Program-made: the position numbers and the translations under genes
The notes under the pieces: model-generated
The model's input: the letters and a program-made list of their open reading frames with translations, nothing else
The model's database searches: none
What the model was told of the DNA's origin: nothing
Part shown: positions 8,473-17,149 of the stretch, piece by piece
How the letters are laid out: the number at the start of each line of letters is the position of its first letter
Numbering within the stretch: the stretch's first letter is position 1
IMG/VR virus record: IMGVR_UViG_2671180903_000020
Direction: 5' to 3' (one strand)
Length of the DNA stretch: 27,580 nt
Source: a virus
Lineage: Duplodnaviria > Heunggongvirae > Uroviricota > Caudoviricetes

Positions 8473-8674
8473 TCAGGCAGCTTTGTTGTTCTGTTAACCA
8501 AGTTCTCTGGCAATCATTGCCGTCGTTCGTATTGCCCATTTATCGACATATTTCCCATCTTCCATTACAGGAAACATTTCTTCAGGCTTAACCATGCATT
8601 CCGATTGCAGCTTGCATCCATTGCATCGCTTGAATTGTCCACACCATTGATTTTTATCAATAGTCGTAGTCATA
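8473..8674 (-). pseudogene. ral: ral (restriction alleviation) carrying an apparent +1 frameshift and an in-frame TAA
   Basis: From ATG 8674: MTTTIDKNQWCG then the frame breaks at a CCC run (8639-8641); the +1 frame continues QFKRCNGCKLQSECMVKPEEMFPVMEDGKYVDKWAIRTTAMIARELG, then TAA (8494-8496), then QNNKAA and TGA at 8473. Total 202 nt versus the 201 nt I recall for lambda ral. Confidence 0.55.
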
Positions 8675-8744
8675 CGGATAGTCCTGGTATTGTTCCATCA
8701 CATCCTGAGGATGCTCTTCGAACTCTTCAAATTCTTCTTCCATA
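8658..8744 (-). CDS. 28-codon highly acidic ORF overlapping the ral start by 17 nt (lambda orf28 position)
   Basis: Hand translation MEEEFEEFEEHPQDVMEQYQDYPYDYDY*; AAGGTGA Shine-Dalgarno 4 nt upstream; geometry matches what I recall of lambda orf28. Confidence 0.4.
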
Positions 8745-8870
8745 TATCACCTTAAATAGTGGATTGCGGTAGTAAAGATTGTGCCTGTCTTTTAACCACA
8801 TCAGGCTCGGTGGTTCTCGTGTACCCCTACAGCGAGAAATCGGATAAACTATTACAACCCCTACAGTTTG

Positions 8871-9422
8871 ATGAGTATAGAAATGGATCCACTCGTTATT
8901 CTCGGACGAGTGTTCAGTAATGAACCTCTGGAGAGAACCATGTATATGATCGTTATCTGGGTTGGACTTCTGCTTTTAAGCCCAGATAACTGGCCTGAAT
9001 ATGTTAATGAGAGAATCGGTATTCCTCATGTGTGGCATGTTTTCGTCTTTGCTCTTGCATTTTCGCTAGCAATTAATGTGCATCGATTATCAGCTATTGC
9101 CAGCGCCAGATATAAGCGATTTAAGCTAAGAAAACGCATTAAGATGCAAAACGATAAAGTGCGATCAGTAATTCAAAACCTTACAGAAGAGCAATCTATG
9201 GTTTTGTGCGCAGCCCTTAATGAAGGCAGGAAGTATGTGGTTACATCAAAACAATTCCCATACATTAGTGAGTTGATTGAGCTTGGTGTGTTGAACAAAA
9301 CTTTTTCCCGATGGAACGGGAAGCATATATTATTCCCTATTGAGGATATTTACTGGACTGAATTAGTTGCCAGCTATGATCCATATAATATTGAGATAAA
9401 GCCAAGGCCAATATCTAAGTAA
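8871..9422 (+). CDS. sieB: Superinfection exclusion protein B (membrane protein); ATG 8871 (track starts at TTG 8868)
   Basis: Hydrophobic N-terminal half (MYMIVIWVGLLLLSPDNWPEYVNERIGIPHVWHVFVFALAFSLAINVH...) resembling lambda SieB; convergent with N, stop codons abut. Confidence 0.75.
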   Translation: MSIEMDPLVILGRVFSNEPLERTMYMIVIWVGLLLLSPDNWPEYVNERIGIPHVWHVFVFALAFSLAINVHRLSAIASARYKRFKLRKRIKMQNDKVRSVIQNLTEEQSMVLCAALNEGRKYVVTSKQFPYISELIELGVLNKTFSRWNGKHILFPIEDIYWTELVASYDPYNIEIKPRPISK

Positions 9423-9746
9423 CTAGGTAAGAGGAATCGATTTTCCCTTAATTTTCTGGCGTCCACTGCATGTTATGCCGCGTTCGCCAGGCTTGCTGTA
9501 CCATGTGCGCTGATTCTTGCGCTCAATACGTTGCAGGTTGCTTTCAATCTGTTTGTGGTATTCAGCCAGCACTGTAAGGTCTATCGGATTTAGTGCGCTT
9601 TCTACTCGTGATTTCGGTTTGCGATTCAGCGAGAGAATAGGGCGGTTAACTGGTTTTGCGCTTACCCCAACCAACAGGGGATTTGCTGCTTTCCATTGAG
9701 CCTGTTTCTCTGCGCGACGTTCGCGGCGGCGTGTTTGTGCATCCAT
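9423..9746 (-). CDS. N: Antitermination protein N (107 aa), internal start of the tracked 136-aa ORF
   Basis: MDAQTRRRERRAEKQAQWKAANPLLVGVSAKPVNRPILSLNRKPKSRVESALNPIDLTVLAEYHKQIESNLQRIERKNQRTWYSKPGERGITCSGRQKIKGKSIPL matches lambda N including the Arg-rich RNA-binding N-terminus. Confidence 0.9.
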   Translation of the reverse strand: MDAQTRRRERRAEKQAQWKAANPLLVGVSAKPVNRPILSLNRKPKSRVESALNPIDLTVLAEYHKQIESNLQRIERKNQRTWYSKPGERGITCSGRQKIKGKSIPLT

Positions 9747-9803
9747 CTGGATTCTCCTGTCAGTTAGCTTTGGTGGTGTGTGGCTGTTGTAGTCCTGAAC
9801 GAA

Positions 9804-9820
9804 CCCCCCCCCCCCCCCCC
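9804..9820. repeat. Homopolymer tract C17 (G17 on the N mRNA strand) in the N 5' leader
   Basis: Counted directly: gaac + 17 C + gcgattggcac; about 58 nt upstream of the N start codon. Confidence 0.9.
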
Positions 9821-9913
9821 GCGATTGGCACATTGGCAGCTAATCCGGAATCGCACTTCCGGCCAATGCTTCGTTTCGTATCACACACCCCAAAGCCTTC
9901 TGCTTTGAATGCT

Positions 9914-9944
9914 GCCCTTCTTCAGGGCTTAATTTTTAAGAGCA
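9914..9944 (-). promoter_or_regulatory. nutL: nutL (boxB hairpin GCCCTGAAGAAGGGC at 9914..9928 and boxA-like element at 9936..9944)
   Basis: Reverse complement reads TGCTCTTAAAAATTAAGCCCTGAAGAAGGGC, matching lambda nut boxA/boxB organisation. Confidence 0.75.
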
Positions 9945-9988
9945 TCACCTTCATGGTGGTCAGTGCGTCCTGCTGATGGTTTAAAATT

Positions 9989-10056
9989 ACAAGAAAGATT
10001 GTATGTTGTAAACAATAAATATTGTAAAAAGAGGTGTGCAAAACAAACTCCATTGT
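9989..10056 (-). promoter_or_regulatory. OL operators (three 14-bp ACAA-N6-TTGT sites, 434 type) overlapping pL
   Basis: ACAAGAAAGATTGT (9989..10002), ACAATAAATATTGT (10012..10025), ACAAACTCCATTGT (10043..10056). Confidence 0.7.
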
Positions 10057-10106
10057 TTTTAAACGGAAAATAGTTTGTTTTTTGGTTATTGAGATTGAGG
10101 TGGGGA

Positions 10107-11459
<1,353 letters not shown>

Positions 11460-11467
11460 GACATTCC

Positions 11468-11499
11468 CGCTCTTACACATCCCCGCCCTGAAAAAGGGC
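11468..11499 (+). promoter_or_regulatory. nutR: nutR (boxA CGCTCTTACA, boxB GCCCTGAAAAAGGGC), followed by tR1 region
   Basis: Read directly; matches lambda nutR. Confidence 0.7.
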
Positions 11500-11578
11500 A
11501 TCCAATTAAACCACACCTATGGTGTATGCATTTATTTGCATACATTCAATCAATTGTTATCTAAGGAAATACTTACAT

Positions 11579-11872
11579 ATGGTTCGTGCAAACAAACGCA
11601 ACGAGGCTCTACGAATCGAGAGTGCGTTGCTTAACAAAATCGCAATGCTTGGAACTGAGAAGACAGCGGAAGCTGTGGGAGTTGATAAGTCGCAGATCAG
11701 CAGGTGGAAGAGAGACTGGATTCCAAAGTTCTCAATGCTGCTTGCTGTTCTTGAATGGGGGGTCGTTGACGACGACATGGCTCGATTGGCGCGACAAGTT
11801 GCTGCGATTCTCACCAATAAAAAACGCCCGGCGGCAACCGAGCGTTCTGAACAAATCCAGATGGAGTTCTGA
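11579..11872 (+). CDS. cII: CII transcriptional activator (97 aa)
   Basis: MVRANKRNEALRIESALLNKIAMLGTEKTAEAVGVDKSQISRWKRDWIPKFSMLLAVLEWGVVDDDMARLARQVAAILTNKKRPAATERSEQIQMEF matches lambda CII. Confidence 0.9.
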   Translation: MVRANKRNEALRIESALLNKIAMLGTEKTAEAVGVDKSQISRWKRDWIPKFSMLLAVLEWGVVDDDMARLARQVAAILTNKKRPAATERSEQIQMEF

Positions 11873-11894
11873 GGTCATTACTGGATCTATCAAC
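11817..11894 (-). ncRNA. oop: oop antisense RNA, overlapping the cII 3' end
   Basis: Reverse complement reads GTTGATAGATCCAGTAATGACCTCAGAACTCCATCTGGATTTGTTCAGAACGCTCGGTTGCCGCCGGGCGTTTTTTATT, i.e. lambda oop with its terminator hairpin. Confidence 0.65.
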
Positions 11895-11904
11895 AGGAGT
11901 CATT

Positions 11905-12804
11905 ATGACAAATACAGCAAAAATACTCAACTTCGGCAGAGGTAACTTTGCCGGACAGGAGCGTAATGTGGCAGATCTCGATGATGGTTACGCCAGACTA
12001 TCAAATATGCTGCTTGAGGCTTATTCAGGCGCAGATCTGACCAAGCGACAGTTTAAAGTGCTGCTTGCCATTCTGCGTAAAACCTATGGGTGGAATAAAC
12101 CAATGGACAGAATCACCGATTCTCAACTTAGTGAGATTACAAAGTTACCTGTCAAACGATGCAATGAAGCCAAGTTAGAGCTCGTCAGAATGAATATTAT
12201 CAAGCAGCAAGGCGGCATGTTTGGACCAAATAAAAACATCTCAGAATGGTGCATCCCTCAAAACGAGGGAAAATCCCCTAAAACGAGGGATAAAACATCC
12301 CTCAAATTGGGGGATTGCTATCCCTCAAAACAGGGGGACACAAAAGACACTATTACAAAAGAAAAAAGAAAAGATTATTCGTCCGAGAATTCTGGCGAAT
12401 CCTCTGACCAGCCAGAAAACGATCTTTCTGTGGTTAAACCGGATGCTGCAATTCAGAGCGGCAGCAGGTGGGGGACAGCAGAAGACCTGACCGCCGCAGA
12501 GTGGATGTTTGACATGGTGAAGACTATCGCGCCATCAGCCAGAAAACCGAATTTTGCAGGGTGGGCTAACGATATCCGCCTGATGCGTGAACGTGACGGA
12601 CGTAACCACCGCGACATGTGCGTGCTGTTCCGCTGGGCATGCCTGGACAACTTCTGGTCCGGTAACGTGCTGAGCCCGGCCAAACTCCGCGACAAGTGGA
12701 CCCAGCTCGAAATCAACCGTAACAAGCAACAGGCAGTAGTGACAGCCAGCAAACCAAAACTCGACTTGACAAACACAGACTGGATTTACGGGGTGGATCT
12801 ATGA
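11905..12804 (+). CDS. O: Replication initiator O (299 aa)
   Basis: MTNTAKILNFGRGNFAGQERNVADLDDGYARLSNMLLEAYSGADLTKRQFKVLLAILRKTYGWNKPMDRITDSQLSEITKL... matches lambda O. Confidence 0.95.
   Translation: MTNTAKILNFGRGNFAGQERNVADLDDGYARLSNMLLEAYSGADLTKRQFKVLLAILRKTYGWNKPMDRITDSQLSEITKLPVKRCNEAKLELVRMNIIKQQGGMFGPNKNISEWCIPQNEGKSPKTRDKTSLKLGDCYPSKQGDTKDTITKEKRKDYSSENSGESSDQPENDLSVVKPDAAIQSGSRWGTAEDLTAAEWMFDMVKTIAPSARKPNFAGWANDIRLMRERDGRNHRDMCVLFRWACLDNFWSGNVLSPAKLRDKWTQLEINRNKQQAVVTASKPKLDLTNTDWIYGVDL
12253..12380. repeat. ori-lambda: four ~19-bp iterons (TCCCTCAAAACGAGGGA-like) plus adjacent AT-rich region, inside O
   Basis: atccctcaaaacgagggaaa / atcccctaaaacgagggata / catccctcaaattgggggat / tatccctcaaaacagggggac then aaaagaaaaaagaaaag. 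Confidence 0.8.
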
Positions 12805-13502
12805 AAAACATCGCCGCACAGATGGTTAACTTTGACCGTGAGCAGATGCGTCGGATCGCCAACAACATGCCGGAACAGTACGACGAAAAGCCGCAGGTAC
12901 AGCAGGTAGCGCAGATCATCAACGGTGTGTTCAGCCAGTTACTGGCAACTTTCCCGGCGAGCCTGGCTAACCGTGACCAGAACGAACTGAACGAAATCCG
13001 CCGCCAGTGGGTTCTGGCTTTCCGGGAAAACGGGATCACCACGATGGAACAGGTTAACGCAGGAATGCGCGTAGCCCGTCGGCAGAATCGACCATTCCTG
13101 CCATCACCCGGGCAGTTTGTTGCCTGGTGTCGTGAAGAAGCATCTGTTATTGCCGGACTGCCAAACGCCAGCGAGCTGGTTGATATGGTTTACGAGTATT
13201 GCCGGAAGCGTGGCCTGTATCCAGATGCAGAGTCTTATCCGTGGAAATCAAACGCGCACTACTGGCTGGTTACCAACCTGTACCAGAACATGCGGGCCAA
13301 TGCGCTGACTGACGCGGAATTACGGCGTAAGGCTGCCGATGAGCTGACCTGTATGACAGCGCGAATTAACTGTGGTGAGACTATACCTGAACCAGTAAAA
13401 CAACTTCCTGTCATGGGCGGCAGACCTCTAAATCGAGCACAGGCTCTGGCGAAGATCGCAGAAATTAAAGCTAAGTTCGGACTGAAAGGAGCAAGTGTAT
13501 GA
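12801..13502 (+). CDS. P: Replication protein P (DnaB helicase loader, 233 aa)
   Basis: MKNIAAQMVNFDREQMRRIANNMPEQYDEKPQVQQVAQIINGVFSQLLATFPASLANRDQNELNEIRRQWVLAFRENGITTMEQVNAGMRVARRQNRPFLPSPGQFVAWC... matches lambda P. Confidence 0.95.
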   Translation: MKNIAAQMVNFDREQMRRIANNMPEQYDEKPQVQQVAQIINGVFSQLLATFPASLANRDQNELNEIRRQWVLAFRENGITTMEQVNAGMRVARRQNRPFLPSPGQFVAWCREEASVIAGLPNASELVDMVYEYCRKRGLYPDAESYPWKSNAHYWLVTNLYQNMRANALTDAELRRKAADELTCMTARINCGETIPEPVKQLPVMGGRPLNRAQALAKIAEIKAKFGLKGASV

Positions 13503-13789
13503 CGGGCAAAGAGGCAATTATTCATTACCTCGGAACGCATAAGAGCTTCTGTGCACAGGACGTTTCCGCGCTAACAGGCGCAACAGTAACCAGCATAAAT
13601 CAGGCCGCGGCTAAAATGGCACGGGCAGGTCTTCTGGTTATCGAAGGTAAGGTCTGGCGAACGGTGTATTACCGGTTCGCTACCAGAGAAGAACGGGAAG
13701 GAAAGGTGAGCACGAACCTGATTTTTAAGGAGTGTCGCCAGAGTGCCGCGATGAAACGGGTATTGGCGGTATATGGAGTTAAAAGATGA
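13499..13789 (+). CDS. ren: Ren (96 aa)
   Basis: MTGKEAIIHYLGTHKSFCAQDVSALTGATVTSINQAAAKMARAGLLVIEGKVWRTVYYRFATREEREGK... matches lambda Ren. Confidence 0.85.
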   Translation: MTGKEAIIHYLGTHKSFCAQDVSALTGATVTSINQAAAKMARAGLLVIEGKVWRTVYYRFATREEREGKVSTNLIFKECRQSAAMKRVLAVYGVKR

Positions 13790-13862
13790 CCATCTACATC
13801 ACTGAGCTAATAACAGGCCTGCTGGTAATCGCAGGCCTTTTTATTTGGGGGAGAGGGAAGTC

Positions 13863-14303
13863 ATGAAAAAACTAACCTTTGAAATTCGATCTCCAGCACA
13901 TCAGCAAAACGCTATTCACGCGGTACAGCAAATTCTTCCAGACCCAACCAAACCAATCGTAGTAACCATTCAGGAACGCAACCGCAGCTTAGACCAGAAT
14001 CGAAAGCTTTGGGCTTGCCTTGGTGACGTCTCTCGTCAGGTTGAATGGCATGATCGCTGGCTGGATGCAGAAAGCTGGAAGTGCGTTTTTACAGCAGCAT
14101 TAAAGCAGCAGGACGTTGTTCCTAACCTTGCCGGGAATGGCTTTGTGGTAATAGGCCAGTCAACCAGCAGGATGCGTGTAAGCGAATTTGCGGAGCTATT
14201 AGAGCTTATACAGGCATTCGGTACAGAGCGTGGCGTTAAGTGGTCAGACGAAGCGCGACTGGCTCTCGAATGGAAAGCGCGATGGGGAGATCGGGCTGCA
14301 TGA
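13863..14303 (+). CDS. ninB: NinB (146 aa), start at internal Met of tracked ORF
   Basis: MKKLTFEIRSPAHQQNAIHAVQQILPDPTKPIVVTIQERNRSLDQNRKLWACLGDVSRQVEWHDRWLDAESWKCVFTAALKQQDVVPNLAGNGFVVIGQSTSRMRVSEF... matches lambda NinB. Confidence 0.85.
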   Translation: MKKLTFEIRSPAHQQNAIHAVQQILPDPTKPIVVTIQERNRSLDQNRKLWACLGDVSRQVEWHDRWLDAESWKCVFTAALKQQDVVPNLAGNGFVVIGQSTSRMRVSEFAELLELIQAFGTERGVKWSDEARLALEWKARWGDRAA

Positions 14304-14827
14304 CTATCAAATCAAATACGCCATCACACGACAAGGACTGCTGGCAAACGCCGCTCTGGCTTTTTGATGCACTGGATATTGAGTTTGGATTCTGGCTGGA
14401 TTCGGCAGCGAGCGACAAAAACGCTCTGTGCGCTCACTGGCTAACTGAGGCTGACGACGCGCTAAATTCTGAGTGGATAAGCCACGGTGCAATCTGGAAT
14501 AACCCACCGTACAGCAATATCAGGCCGTGGGTGGAAAAAGCCGCTGAGCAGTGCATACAACAACGACAGACGGTAGTGATGCTTGTGCCAGAGGATATGT
14601 CTGTCGGATGGTTCAGCAAGGCTCTGGAGAGTGTTGACGAAGTTCGCATTATCACTGATGGACGGATTAATTTTATCGAACCATCGACAGGGCTGGAGAA
14701 GAAGGGAAACAGCAAAGGCTCCATGCTGCTGATTTGGCGACCGTTCATCAGTCCTCGACGGATGTTTACTACTGTATCCAAAGCGGCATTGATGGCAATC
14801 GGGCATGGCGTCAGGAGGGCGGCATGA
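14300..14827 (+). CDS. Phage DNA N6-adenine methyltransferase (Dam-like, 175 aa)
   Basis: Catalytic motif NPPY ([10 protein letters not shown]); ATG 14300 overlaps ninB stop (ATGA); occupies the position of lambda ninC. Confidence 0.8.
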   Translation: MTIKSNTPSHDKDCWQTPLWLFDALDIEFGFWLDSAASDKNALCAHWLTEADDALNSEWISHGAIWNNPPYSNIRPWVEKAAEQCIQQRQTVVMLVPEDMSVGWFSKALESVDEVRIITDGRINFIEPSTGLEKKGNSKGSMLLIWRPFISPRRMFTTVSKAALMAIGHGVRRAA

Positions 14828-15006
14828 GGCGACAGCGACGAAGTATCACCGACATAATCTGCGAAAACTGCAAATACCTTCCAACGAAACGCTCCAGAAA
14901 TAAACGCAAGCCAATCCCAAAAGAATCTGACGTAAAAACCTTCAATTACACGGCTCACCTGTGGGATATCCGGTGGCTAAGACATTGTGCGAGGAAAACA
15001 AGGTGA
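14824..15006 (+). CDS. Small nin-region protein (60 aa), NinD/NinE-like
   Basis: [40 protein letters not shown]...; ATGA overlap with methylase stop. Confidence 0.6.
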   Translation: MRRQRRSITDIICENCKYLPTKRSRNKRKPIPKESDVKTFNYTAHLWDIRWLRHCARKTR

Positions 15007-15170
15007 TTGACCAAAATCGAAGTTACGAACAAGAAAGCGTCGAGCGAGCTTTAACGTGCGCTAACTGCGGTCAGAAGCTGCATGTGCTGGAAGTTCACGT
15101 GTGTGAGCACTGCTGCGCAGAGTTAATGGCAGACCCTAACGGACAAATGCTGGAGGAAGATGATGAGTGA
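15003..15170 (+). CDS. Small Cys-rich nin-region protein (55 aa), NinF-like; GTG start
   Basis: (M)[54 protein letters not shown]; GTGA overlap with upstream stop, GAGGAAAA Shine-Dalgarno. Confidence 0.6.
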   Translation: MIDQNRSYEQESVERALTCANCGQKLHVLEVHVCEHCCAELMADPNGQMLEEDDE

Positions 15171-15465
15171 GTTACGCGCAGGTGGCATCGCAATAGTCAT
15201 TTTTTCAGAAAACAAACCCGAAATTGGCAGATGCGTTGAGTTAATCGAAAAAGTAACAAACGGATATGTATTTAATTTTCCTGGTGCAGGTAAGCATAGT
15301 TGGCGTGATGACACCCCTGGGTGGCTAGTTAAAGGCGATGTATCGATTTATACAAACGAGCCTTCAGGTGGTTTCTCTTATTTTTACAGTGATGAACTCA
15401 TGCCAATCGACGGAGAAGACTTCTCTCACGAAGATGAGCAACAGAAGGAGCTGGCAAATGGCTAA
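15160..15465 (+). CDS. Hypothetical nin-region protein (101 aa)
   Basis: ORF in track packed between NinF-like and NinX-like genes; no family recognised. Confidence 0.5.
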   Translation: MMSELRAGGIAIVIFSENKPEIGRCVELIEKVTNGYVFNFPGAGKHSWRDDTPGWLVKGDVSIYTNEPSGGFSYFYSDELMPIDGEDFSHEDEQQKELANG

Positions 15466-15748
15466 TCTACGCAAAGAAGCGCGCGGAAGAGAATGTCAGG
15501 TGCGTATTTACGGCGTATGCAATGGCAATCCTGAAACTACAGTTCTGGCACATTACCGGATGGCTGGAATTTGCGGAACGGGAATGAAGCCTGACGACCT
15601 GATCGGCGCATGGGCTTGTAGCGCGTGTCACGATGAAATCGACCGACGCACCCATAATCTCGACAACAAAGACGCCAGACTTTACCACCTCGAAGGCGTG
15701 ATCAGGACGCAGGCGATACTGCTGAAGGAGGGGAAGATTAAGCCATGA
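15458..15748 (+). CDS. NinX / DUF1364-like Cys-rich protein (96 aa)
   Basis: MANLRKEARGRECQVRIYGVCNGNPETTVLAHYRMAGICGTGMKPDDLIGAWACSACHDEIDRRTH...; family call from memory. Confidence 0.6.
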   Translation: MANLRKEARGRECQVRIYGVCNGNPETTVLAHYRMAGICGTGMKPDDLIGAWACSACHDEIDRRTHNLDNKDARLYHLEGVIRTQAILLKEGKIKP

Positions 15749-16107
15749 ACGAATATCAGTTTGTGCTTCCATACCCGCCGTCGGTGAATACCTACTGGCG
15801 AAGACGGGGAAGCCAATACTACATCAGCGATAAAGGCCAGAAATACCGAAAAGACGTTCAGCAAATCATCCGCCAACTCAAGTTAGACATTTTCACCAAA
15901 TCACGACTACGAATCAAAGTCATCGCAGACGTTCCAGACTCCCGCCGCCGCGACCTCGACAACATTCTTAAAGGTTTACTCGACTCCCTTATCCACGCCG
16001 GATTTGCGGAAGACGACGAGCAATTCGATGACATTCGCGTAATTCGTGGTGTGAAAGTACCAGGCGGACGGCTTGGAATAAAAATCACCGAACTGGAGAA
16101 CGTATGA
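15745..16107 (+). CDS. rusA: Holliday-junction resolvase RusA (120 aa)
   Basis: MNEYQFVLPYPPSVNTYWRRRG...DVPDSRRRDLDNILKGLLDSLIHAGF...GGRLGIKITELENV shares conserved RusA motifs (PPS.N.YYR, DxRRRDLDN). Confidence 0.85.
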   Translation: MNEYQFVLPYPPSVNTYWRRRGSQYYISDKGQKYRKDVQQIIRQLKLDIFTKSRLRIKVIADVPDSRRRDLDNILKGLLDSLIHAGFAEDDEQFDDIRVIRGVKVPGGRLGIKITELENV

Positions 16108-16292
16108 ACGCCACAATTCAAACGATACCAGAGCTTCTTATCCAGACACGAGGAAATCAGACCGAAGTGGCGAGGATGCTTTCCTGCGCAAGAGGAACAG
16201 TGCTCAAGTACAACCGAGACAGCAAAGGCGAGCGTCACGTAATAGTTAACGGCGTCCTGATGGTCAAACAGGGCAAGAGGGGAAGACCATGA
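16104..16292 (+). CDS. NinH-like small DNA-binding protein (62 aa)
   Basis: ...GNQTEVARMLSCARGTVLKYNRDSKGERHVIVNGVLMV... resembles lambda NinH. Confidence 0.6.
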   Translation: MNATIQTIPELLIQTRGNQTEVARMLSCARGTVLKYNRDSKGERHVIVNGVLMVKQGKRGRP

Positions 16293-16912
16293 GACTCGAA
16301 AGCGTAGCTAAATTTCACTCGCCAAAAAGCCCGATGATGAGCGACTCACCACGGGCTACGGCTTCTGACTCTCTTTCCGGTACTGATGTGATGGCTGCTA
16401 TGGGGATGGCGCAATCACAAGCCGGATTCGGAATGGCTGCATTCTGCGGTAAGCATGAACTCAGCCAGAACGACAAACAAAAGGCTATCAACTATCTGAT
16501 GCAATTTGCACACAAGGTATCGGGGAAATACCGTGGTGTGGCAAAGCTCGAAGGAAATACTAAGGCAAAGGTACTGCAAGTGCTCGCAACATTCGCTTAT
16601 GCGGATTATTGCCGTAGTGCCGCTACGCCGGGCGCAAGATGCAGAGATTGCCACGGTACAGGCCGTGCGGTTGATATAGCCAAAACAGAGCAGTGGGGGA
16701 TAGTTGCTGAGAAAGAGTGCGGAAGATGTAAAGGCGTCGGTTATTCAAGAATGCCAGCAAGCGCCGCATATCGCGCTGTGACGATGCTAATCCCAAACCT
16801 TACCCAACCCACCTGGTCACGCACTGTTAAGCCGCTGTATGACGCTCTGGTTGTGCAATGCCACAAGGAAGAGTCAATCGCAGACAACATTTTGAATGCG
16901 ATCACACGTTAG
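16289..16912 (+). CDS. Q: Late-gene antiterminator Q (lambda type, 207 aa)
   Basis: MRLESVAKFHSPKSPMMSDSPRATASDSLSGTDVMAAMGMAQSQAGFGMAAFCGKHELSQNDKQKAINYLMQFAHKVSGKYRGVAKLEG... matches lambda Q. Confidence 0.9.
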   Translation: MRLESVAKFHSPKSPMMSDSPRATASDSLSGTDVMAAMGMAQSQAGFGMAAFCGKHELSQNDKQKAINYLMQFAHKVSGKYRGVAKLEGNTKAKVLQVLATFAYADYCRSAATPGARCRDCHGTGRAVDIAKTEQWGIVAEKECGRCKGVGYSRMPASAAYRAVTMLIPNLTQPTWSRTVKPLYDALVVQCHKEESIADNILNAITR

Positions 16913-16954
16913 CGCCATGATTGCCACGGATGGCAACATATTAACGGCATAATA

Positions 16955-17010
16955 TTGACTTTTTGAATAACTTTGGGGAAACTTGACACCAATAATGGGC
17001 GTTTTTTACA
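16955..17010 (+). promoter_or_regulatory. Late promoter pR' with Q-binding/qut region (by similarity to lambda)
   Basis: TTGACTTTTTGAATAACTTTGGGGAAACTTGACACCAATAATGGGCG resembles the lambda pR' TTGACT...TTGACT arrangement directly downstream of Q. Confidence 0.5.
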
Positions 17011-17149
17011 TGTCATTGATGAGTCTCAATAACCTGCCGCCGAGTAGTTTTTATGCTCTGAATTGTATTTGTGTAGTAAACATGCTGACTGCAATGTAAT
17101 AGAGTTTTTTTAGCCTGTAACCTCTTGACGGCATTGAATTGCTTTTGTT

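Noticed and set aside
12253-12342. Short direct repeats that could be mistaken for a CRISPR-like array
   Set aside because: Only four ~19-bp repeats with no unique spacers, located inside the O gene followed by an AT-rich tract: these are the ori-lambda iterons.
14236-14958. Minus-strand ORFs (60-174 aa) across the nin region
   Set aside because: Antisense to the tightly packed, translationally coupled plus-strand nin genes; no independent support.
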